From positions 5,805 through 69,804 of the forward strand of contig NZ_JAFAGT010000014.1 of NCBI RefSeq assembly GCF_019237615.1: a stretch of 64,000 nucleotides of DNA. Direction: 5' to 3'. The notes beneath the pieces were generated by a model, which saw nothing but the letters and a program-made list of their open reading frames with translations, was not told the origin of the DNA and did not search any database. Each line of letters opens with the position of its first letter. Within the stretch, counting starts at the first letter, position 1. Origin of the DNA: Roseateles sp. (GTDB taxonomy: Bacteria; Pseudomonadota; Gammaproteobacteria; Burkholderiales; Burkholderiaceae_C). Positions 57,644 through 64,000 of the stretch are shown here, piece after piece. The position numbers and the translations under genes are program-made.

Positions 57644-59623
57644 TCAAATCAGCACGTTGATGATGGCGTTGCCGATGCCCATCAGCGCGGCGCCGGAGAT
57701 GAGACCGGCGCAGATCGGCTCCATGCCGTCGACCCAGACGCGCCAGCCCTTCGTGCCGGGCGTCTTGTGCTTGCGGCCCATGATGAAGAAGACCAGCGCG
57801 CCGACGAACATGGCCAGCACGGACTCCGGCGGCAGCACGACGCCCAGGCCCGTGGCAACGGCCGATATCGGGAAACGGCCCTTGGTCTTGATGCGGGCGA
57901 TCTCCATGGCCACGGCGGCCAGGGCGGCGACGCCCATCGAGATCAGCGCCGACGTCGGCAGGCCCTTCAGACCCTTGGCAATGATGTCGGCCACGCCCTT
58001 CCACTGCAGGGCTGCGGGCATTGCGAACTGGTCGGACACCAGCGTCGACACGCTGCGCACGCCATGGGCATCAGGCGTCAGGAACAGCAGGTAGAACAGC
58101 GGCACGCAGACCAGCACGCCGGCCAGGTTGCCGATGACGTGGCCTATGGCCTGGTGGCGCGGCTTGCCGCCCAGCATGTAGCCGGGCTTGATGTCGGACA
58201 GCAGGTTGGCCGCGTTGGACGCGATCTCGCTGGTCATGCCGGCCGGCAGCAGGTTGGAGCCGGGGTTGCTGCGGTCGATGGCACCCATCGTGAACTGCGT
58301 GATCTTGGACAGCGAGCCCGTGGGCGTCCAGGAGGTCAGCGCCATGGAGTTGGTGCAGATGATGGTCAGCACGAAGATCAGCGGCAGCGACACCAGCGCC
58401 AGCCAGAACGGCACGCCAAAGAAGACATGGGTCACGTAGCTGCCCAGCACGCTGAACACCGGCACGCCGATGTAGCTGATCCACAGCGGCACCTCGATGT
58501 CCTTCAGCAGGTCGTTGCCGCCGCCCTTGGCGGCCGCGGGCTTGCGCTTGAAGGCGCTCTTGAAGATCTCGGGCTTGGCCAGCAGGCCGACCAGGGCGCC
58601 GACGACCATCATCGTCACGCCCCACCACAGCGACCACTGGTTGACGATCTCGGCGCGGTTCAGCGGCACCAGCACGCCATCGGCGCCCAGGCGCGGCGCG
58701 ATGTCGCCGGCCTGGATCATCAGCGGCGCCAGCACGGCGAAATTGATGAAGCCACCCAGGAAGCAGCTCGTCGCGACGGCCATGCCCATCAGGCCGCCGA
58801 CGCCCAGCATGGCGGCGTCCAGCGTGACGCGCAGGCCCAGCTGGCGGATGTCCGTGCCCAGGATGGTGGGGATGAGCGCCGTCGTCTTGCCGGCCCAGGC
58901 GTAGTAGTACTGGTCCAGGCGCTCGTGCAGATGCCAGGGCTCCTTCACGCCGGCCCACTTGTCCAGCATCAGGATCTTGAACTGCACCAGCTTCATCCAG
59001 CCATCGCTGACCAAGGCCTGGTAGAGCGCCGTGAAGCCGCCAACGACGCCCAGCAGCTTGGCCTTGAAGATGCCTTCGTCACCGGCGCCGTGGTAGAGCG
59101 AGTCCAGCACCACGCCGCAGGCGCGGCCTTCGGGGAACGGCGCCTGGTCCTCGTTGATGAAGCGGCGCTTCAGCGGGAAGGCCAGCAGCACGCCGATCAG
59201 CGCGACGACGAAGATCCAGATCATCAGCTGCCACCAGGGCGGGATGATGCCGGTCACCAGCATGTAGGCCGCGAGGCTGGAGAACAGCGGCGTGGCCACA
59301 TAGCCCGCCGCGGTGGCGATGGACTGGGTGCAGTTGTTCTCCAGGATGGTGTAGTCCTGGGCGAAACCGCTGGCGTGCAGCGCACGGAACAGCGCGAAGG
59401 CCAGGATCACCGAGGTCAGGCCCACGCCGATGGCGATGCCGGTCTTGGCGCCGATGTACAGCCCCGTGGCAGAGAGGATGCCGCCGAGCAGGAAGCCGGT
59501 GAAGCCCGAGCGCAGCGTCAGCTGCGCCATGTCGCCGCGAAAGACGTTCTTGAACCACCACTCGTCCTTTTGGGCGCGTGTCCAGGTGGCGATCTGCTCG
59601 TCGGTCAGGTGTTGGAGTGCCAT
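57644..59623 (-). CDS. OPT-family oligopeptide transporter
   Basis: 659 aa polytopic protein. N-terminus EWWFKNVFRGDMAQLTLRSGFTGFLLGGILSATGLYIGAKTG is typical of the OPT superfamily. Confidence 0.9.
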   Translation of the reverse strand: MALQHLTDEQIATWTRAQKDEWWFKNVFRGDMAQLTLRSGFTGFLLGGILSATGLYIGAKTGIAIGVGLTSVILAFALFRALHASGFAQDYTILENNCTQSIATAAGYVATPLFSSLAAYMLVTGIIPPWWQLMIWIFVVALIGVLLAFPLKRRFINEDQAPFPEGRACGVVLDSLYHGAGDEGIFKAKLLGVVGGFTALYQALVSDGWMKLVQFKILMLDKWAGVKEPWHLHERLDQYYYAWAGKTTALIPTILGTDIRQLGLRVTLDAAMLGVGGLMGMAVATSCFLGGFINFAVLAPLMIQAGDIAPRLGADGVLVPLNRAEIVNQWSLWWGVTMMVVGALVGLLAKPEIFKSAFKRKPAAAKGGGNDLLKDIEVPLWISYIGVPVFSVLGSYVTHVFFGVPFWLALVSLPLIFVLTIICTNSMALTSWTPTGSLSKITQFTMGAIDRSNPGSNLLPAGMTSEIASNAANLLSDIKPGYMLGGKPRHQAIGHVIGNLAGVLVCVPLFYLLFLTPDAHGVRSVSTLVSDQFAMPAALQWKGVADIIAKGLKGLPTSALISMGVAALAAVAMEIARIKTKGRFPISAVATGLGVVLPPESVLAMFVGALVFFIMGRKHKTPGTKGWRVWVDGMEPICAGLISGAALMGIGNAIINVLI

Positions 59624-59742
59624 GGGATCTCGGGCGGCGCTTGTGGCCCCGCCTGGGTTGAAGCAAAAACTGCGGATTGTCCCGGTCGACCGATCGGTCG
59701 GGCTTCGGGGGATGCCCTCGGATCAAAATCCCGGGCGGCTTC

Positions 59743-59784
59743 AAAAAAAAAGAAACCCGCCGTGGCGCGGAGCCAGGGCGGGTT
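59743..59784 (-). terminator. rho-independent terminator downstream of tRNA-Pro
   Basis: Minus strand AACCCGCC-(15 nt)-GGCGGGTT-TCTTTTTTTTT. Confidence 0.7.
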
Positions 59785-59796
59785 GCCGGAAAGGTT

Positions 59797-59873
59797 TGGT
59801 CGGGGCGGCGGGATTCGAACTCGCGACCCTCTGCTCCCAAAGCAGATGCGCTACCAGGCTGCGCTACGCCCCG
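59797..59873 (-). tRNA. tRNA-Pro (anticodon UGG)
   Basis: Minus strand CGGGGCG-TA-GCGC-AGCCTGGTA-GCGC-A-TCTGC-TTTGGGA-GCAGA-GGGTC-GCGAG-TTCGAAT-CCCGC-CGCCCCG-A-CCA. Confidence 0.9.
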
Positions 59874-59888
59874 ATCAAGCCCGCCATT

Positions 59889-62800
59889 CTAGTCGACAAG
59901 AATGAAGCGTCCGGTGCCACTGATCAACGCGGCCCGCACGGGCTCGTCCGGCTGCAGCGCCTGCACCGCCGCGACATAGCCGCGCATCTGCGCCAGATAG
60001 GCCGTCTCGCGCTCCGGCGTGGCGCCCAGCTTGTAGTCCAGCACCCACCACGAGCCATCGCGGCGCTGCACGAGGCGGTCGATGCGCTGGTCTTCGCCGC
60101 CCTGCCCCACCGCCACCTCGTTGCCGGCCCAGAGCAGCTCGGCGGGGTCGAAGAAGGGCCGGCAGTCGGGGCTGGCGAGGATGGCCTTGGCGGCAACGGC
60201 CAGCTGTTCGCGCGACCTGGCGTCGAGGCCAAAGGCCTGGGCCGACGCGGCCATCAGCACGTCCAGTGGCTGTGCCTGGTCGGGCGCCGAGACCCATTCC
60301 AGCACGCGATGCAAGGCCTCGCCGACCTTGGCCTGGCGGGCGTCGCGGGCGGAGGCGTCCCGCTGGGGCGCGACCGGCGGCGCCTGCCAGCGCGGCAGCG
60401 ACTGGAGCCGCGGCGCGGCGCCGTCGGTGCTCACGCCGCCGTCCAGCGCCAGGGGCCAGGAGCGCGCCAGCGGCTGCAGCCGGTCCCACCAACTCGTCGC
60501 CTGGCTGCGACTGGGCGTATGGCTCAGCACCAGCGCGCGACGCGCCCGCGTCAGCGCGACATAGAGGCCGTTGAGCTCCTCGCGCTCGCGCTCGCGGCGC
60601 TCCTCGTCGACCAGCGCCTGCAGCGACGGCGGCGGCCTGGCCTCCGAGGCCAGGAAGGCCGCGCGGCGCGGCGCCGGATGGCCCACCGGCCAGTCCAGCA
60701 GCAGGCCCAGCGTCTCGGCCTTGGGCGGCGCGGCATCGGTGTCGAGCAGGAAGACCACCTCGGCTTCGAGGCCCTTGGCGCCATGGATGGTCAGCAGCTG
60801 CACCGCGTCCGGCGCCGCGGCGGGCACGAACTTGACGGGCCGGCTCTTCAGCGCCCGCACGAAGCCGTAGAGCTGGGCATAACGGCCACCGTCCAGCTCA
60901 AGCGCCGCCTGCAGCAGCGCCTGCACGCTCTGCAGTCGCACGGCCGCATCGGCCGCGGGCACGGCCGCCGCGATGCGCGCCAGCAGTTCGCCCTCGTCGA
61001 CGATGCGGTCCAGCAGCTCGTGCGGCGTGCGCAGCCGGGCCTGCCCGGCCCAGTCGCGCAGCAGTCCTTGCGCCCGCGCCAGCGCCGGGCTGGGCGCTTC
61101 CAGGCCTTGCAGCGCGTCCCACCAGCGGCGCCGCTCGGCAGGCGGGCGCCCCAGCCACTCGGCCGTACCGGCGGCCTCGGCCAGCGTCAGCAGATCGGCC
61201 TCGGTCGCGCCGAACAGCGGGCTGCGCAGCGCATGCGCCAGCGACAGGTCGTGGCCCGGCGAGGCCAGCGCATCCAGCAGCGCCAGCAGGTCGGCCACGT
61301 CGGGCAGCTCGGCCAGCGGCTGCTCCTCGGGCGCGGCATGGGGCACGCCGGCCGCCGTCAGCGCGGCGCTGAGCTGGCGCAGCGGGTCGCGCTTGCGGGC
61401 CAGCACGAAAAGGTCGCCGGGCTTCAGCTCGGGCCGCGCCCTCAGCAGGCCCACGATGGCCGCGCAGACGCGCTCGCACTCCGGCGCGCGCCGGCTGACC
61501 TCGGCCTCGTGGCGGGCCTCGGTCAGGCTGGGGCGCCAGCGCAGCGGGTCGATCTCGTCCTGCACGGCCGGGGCCGTGACCTCGGCGTCCAGCGCCCACA
61601 GCCCGGCCAGGCCGTCCACCTCCGCCACCTCGGTGGTGTGGAGGCGAAAGCCCTCATAGGCACCGGCGCGCTGCGCGCCGTCGAAGGCCGCGTTGACAGC
61701 GGCCAGCACCTCGGGCGCGTTGCGCCGGGTGTGGTCGCAGGCGAGGCGCACGCCGGCCAGGCCCGCGCAGACGAAGTCCTGCGCGGCAGCGAAGACGCGC
61801 GGGTCGGCGCGGCGGAAGCGGTAGATGCTCTGCTTGGGGTCGCCGACGATGAAGACCGACAGCGGCGAGCCCGCACCCGCGCCGGCATAGGCCTGCAGCC
61901 AGCCGTGCAAGGCCTGCCACTGCAGCGGGCTGGTGTCCTGGAACTCGTCGATGAGCAGGTGGCGCACCTGGGCGTCCAGGCGCTGCTGCACCCAGCCGGC
62001 GGTCTGCGCGTCGCCCAGCAGCGCGAGCGCGCCGCGCTCCAGGTCGTTCATGTCGACCAGGCCGCGTTCGCGCTTCAAGGCCTCGAAGTGGCCCACCAGC
62101 ACCAGGGCAAGGCGGCGCATCGCGGCATGTTCGTCGGCGGCACGCTGCTGCGCGATGGCCGCCTGCAGTCGCTGCAGCTCCTCGCACAACTCGTCCAGGT
62201 CCGGGCTGGTTACGCCCAGCTTGCGCGGCTCGCCCTTCTGAGTGAACAGCGCGGCGAAGCAGGCCTCGAAGTCCTCGGCCTGCTCCAGCGCCGTGGCGGC
62301 ATCCTGCGCCTTCTTGCCCTTGGCCTGACCGAGCTGGCGGGCCAGCGCGAGCAAAGGTTCGCGCAGGTGCGCGAAGAACTGCTCGGGCGTCGTGCCCAGC
62401 AGCTGCGCCGCGCCCGGCAGGCTGTTCTCCAGCACGCCGGCGGCCTCGGCCAGCCGCAGCTCCACACGCTTGGCGAAGGCGCCCAGCAGCCACTCGCGCA
62501 GGCTGAAGCGGCCGCGCGACTGCGTCAGCGCCTGGAAGTCGGCTCGCAGCGCCTCGTCCGCCAGCACGGCGACGTGGAAGCGCCGCCACAGCGTGGGCAT
62601 CAGCTCTTCCTCGTCCTCGACGAGCTGCAGCTCCGGCGCGATGCCCTGCTCCTGCAGGAAGGCCAGCGGCGCCGCTCGCAGCAGTTGCGAGAACCAGCCA
62701 TGGAAGGTGCGCACCTCGACCGCCCGGCCGCCGCGCAGCAGCTCGGCCTGCAGCGTGGCCAGGCGCGGCCGCAGCACGACGGCCTCGTCGGCCGCGATGC

Positions 62801-63104
62801 CGCGCTGGTTCAGCGCCGCGAGCTGCTCGGCCTCCGGCGCCCGCGCGAACTCGGCCAGCCATTCGGCCAGGCGCTCGCGCATCTCGCCGGCGGCCTTGCG
62901 CGTGAAGGTGATGGCGACGATCTGCTGCGGCTCGGCGCCGGCCAGCAGTGCTCGCAGGATGCGCGACACCAGCATCCAGGTCTTGCCCGCGCCGGCGCAG
63001 GCCTCGACGACGATGCTGCGCGCCGGGTCGCAGGCGAGCGCATAGAAATGCTCGCGCGGAATGCGTTGGCCATCGGCCCAATAGGCGAGTTCGGCGCCGC
63101 TCAT
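59889..63104 (-). CDS. addA: UvrD/Rep-family helicase with C-terminal PD-(D/E)XK nuclease (AddA-like)
   Basis: Walker [42 protein letters not shown], and C-terminal [21 protein letters not shown]. Confidence 0.85.
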   Translation of the reverse strand: MSGAELAYWADGQRIPREHFYALACDPARSIVVEACAGAGKTWMLVSRILRALLAGAEPQQIVAITFTRKAAGEMRERLAEWLAEFARAPEAEQLAALNQRGIAADEAVVLRPRLATLQAELLRGGRAVEVRTFHGWFSQLLRAAPLAFLQEQGIAPELQLVEDEEELMPTLWRRFHVAVLADEALRADFQALTQSRGRFSLREWLLGAFAKRVELRLAEAAGVLENSLPGAAQLLGTTPEQFFAHLREPLLALARQLGQAKGKKAQDAATALEQAEDFEACFAALFTQKGEPRKLGVTSPDLDELCEELQRLQAAIAQQRAADEHAAMRRLALVLVGHFEALKRERGLVDMNDLERGALALLGDAQTAGWVQQRLDAQVRHLLIDEFQDTSPLQWQALHGWLQAYAGAGAGSPLSVFIVGDPKQSIYRFRRADPRVFAAAQDFVCAGLAGVRLACDHTRRNAPEVLAAVNAAFDGAQRAGAYEGFRLHTTEVAEVDGLAGLWALDAEVTAPAVQDEIDPLRWRPSLTEARHEAEVSRRAPECERVCAAIVGLLRARPELKPGDLFVLARKRDPLRQLSAALTAAGVPHAAPEEQPLAELPDVADLLALLDALASPGHDLSLAHALRSPLFGATEADLLTLAEAAGTAEWLGRPPAERRRWWDALQGLEAPSPALARAQGLLRDWAGQARLRTPHELLDRIVDEGELLARIAAAVPAADAAVRLQSVQALLQAALELDGGRYAQLYGFVRALKSRPVKFVPAAAPDAVQLLTIHGAKGLEAEVVFLLDTDAAPPKAETLGLLLDWPVGHPAPRRAAFLASEARPPPSLQALVDEERREREREELNGLYVALTRARRALVLSHTPSRSQATSWWDRLQPLARSWPLALDGGVSTDGAAPRLQSLPRWQAPPVAPQRDASARDARQAKVGEALHRVLEWVSAPDQAQPLDVLMAASAQAFGLDARSREQLAVAAKAILASPDCRPFFDPAELLWAGNEVAVGQGGEDQRIDRLVQRRDGSWWVLDYKLGATPERETAYLAQMRGYVAAVQALQPDEPVRAALISGTGRFILVD

Positions 63105-64000
63105 GTCCAGTCTCCGTCCGTCGGGCCGCTCCCAAGGGCGCCGGCGCCCCCTGGGGGCGCAGTCTGCGTATTCGCAGGCATGGGGCCCCAGTCATCCTTG
63201 CGGCACAAGCCGCGCGCTTCACAGAAATCGCAGACCTTGCCTTCGCCCAGCGCCGGCAACGGGGCTCCGTCACGGATGGCCAGGAGATCGGCCTGCAGGC
63301 CGTCGCGCAACGCCCGCGCCGTGTCGCCGACGTCCTCGTGCGGCAGCAGCACGATGCCCTTGCCGTCGTCCAGCACGAGGTAGGCCGCCTGCAGCCCCGG
63401 CCCGGCTCCGCTGAGCAGCGCATAGGTGGCGAGCTGGGTGTCCTCCAGCCTGGCGGCGACCTTGTCCTTGAGCCCCTTGGCGTCGCCGGTCTTGTAGTCC
63501 AGCAGCCAGGTGCCCGCGGGCGAGTCGTCGATGCGGTCGATACGCCCCCTGACCACCAGAGCGTCCAGCGGCGCCGCAAAGGGCGTGCATTGGCGGTCCA
63601 CCTCGCCAGCGGCGAAGCGCTGTCCACCTGCCTCGGTCTCGGCCAGCCACGCCAGGTAGAGCGGGCGCAGGCGTTCGAAGGCAGCCGAGAAGGGCAGGAA
63701 GTCGGCCGCATCCAGCAGCGCCAGCTCGGCCTCGGCCGCCGCGCGCAGGGCGGCATCGTCGTCCCCGGCGCGCGACTCGTGGAAGCGCTTCAGCACCGCA
63801 TGCAGCCAGGTGCCGTAGTCGCGCTTGGTGGTCTCCTGCTCCAGTTCGTCGGCCTCGCGCAGGCCCAGCACGACGCGGCTGAAGAACTGGTAGGGGCAGT
63901 TGCGCAATGCGTCGATGGCGCTGGCGCTCAAGGCGGCCGGCAGGCGGCCGCCGGCATCGGCGGCGGCGCGGGCCCGCGGCTGCGACGGCGCGGCGCCGGA
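63101..64000 (-). CDS. addB: PD-(D/E)XK nuclease-family protein (AddB-like); 3' part only, gene continues past window end
   Basis: RIDRIDDSPAGTWLLDYKTG nuclease motif and C-terminal Cys cluster CDFCEARGLC. The frame stays open to 64000. ATGA overlap with addA. Confidence 0.75.
   Translation of the reverse strand, partial: SGAAPSQPRARAAADAGGRLPAALSASAIDALRNCPYQFFSRVVLGLREADELEQETTKRDYGTWLHAVLKRFHESRAGDDDAALRAAAEAELALLDAADFLPFSAAFERLRPLYLAWLAETEAGGQRFAAGEVDRQCTPFAAPLDALVVRGRIDRIDDSPAGTWLLDYKTGDAKGLKDKVAARLEDTQLATYALLSGAGPGLQAAYLVLDDGKGIVLLPHEDVGDTARALRDGLQADLLAIRDGAPLPALGEGKVCDFCEARGLCRKDDWGPMPANTQTAPPGGAGALGSGPTDGDWT

Overview
High-GC proteobacterial chromosome segment. Gene content and synteny (pepA-holC next to lptF-lptG, cysB, a Sox-like cluster, an XrtA locus) suggest a Burkholderiales-type betaproteobacterium; this is inference only. 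No rRNA, CRISPR array or transposase was seen.

Layout:
- (1) 1-34.2 kb: an almost entirely minus-strand exosortase A (XrtA)/PEP-CTERM exopolysaccharide locus. It holds an O-antigen-ligase-like gene (partial), four GT4 glycosyltransferases, two NDP-sugar 6-dehydrogenases, an AsnB-like amidotransferase and XrtA fused to EpsI. It also holds FemAB-like, polysaccharide deacetylase, ExeA-like ATPase, beta-barrel OMP, BY-kinase, chain-length determinant and Wza-like export lipoprotein genes. Further along are one PEP-CTERM substrate gene with a sigma-54 promoter, PrsT, PrsK/PrsR, an N-acyl-amino-acid-synthase-like acyltransferase, a secreted S1 protease and the priming sugar transferase.
- A three-gene ThiF-like / tandem-nitroreductase-like / GT1 module sits inside this locus. 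I cannot assign it to the canonical system.
- (2) 34.9-45.3 kb: housekeeping genes (LivK-like binding protein, holC, pepA, lptFG, CbiX-like, cysB, FimV-like, Crp/Fnr, a phosphotransferase).
- (3) 45.8-48.2 kb: vapBC, a hypothetical gene and a Nu-class GST.
- (4) 48.2-53.2 kb: a translationally coupled operon joining a periplasmic xanthine-oxidase-family molybdoenzyme (IorAB-like) to SoxX, a SoxY variant ending AACVEP, SoxZ and SoxA. No SoxB or SoxCD is present in the window.
- (5) 53.4-57.6 kb: a small tRNA-Arg(UCU)-associated integrase islet. It carries a FeeM-like N-acyl amino acid synthase, a YjfB-like small protein, a hypothetical gene and a second vapBC.
- (6) 57.6-64 kb: OPT transporter, tRNA-Pro(UGG), and AddA/AddB-like helicase-nuclease genes.

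The ORF track reports longest ORFs and shows non-ATG starts as M. Several starts were therefore trimmed, and the many long opposite-strand ORFs were treated as high-GC artefacts. The most interesting candidates for new biology are the ThiF/nitroreductase/GT1 insert in the XrtA locus and the IorAB-SoxX-SoxY(AACVEP)-SoxZ-SoxA operon.
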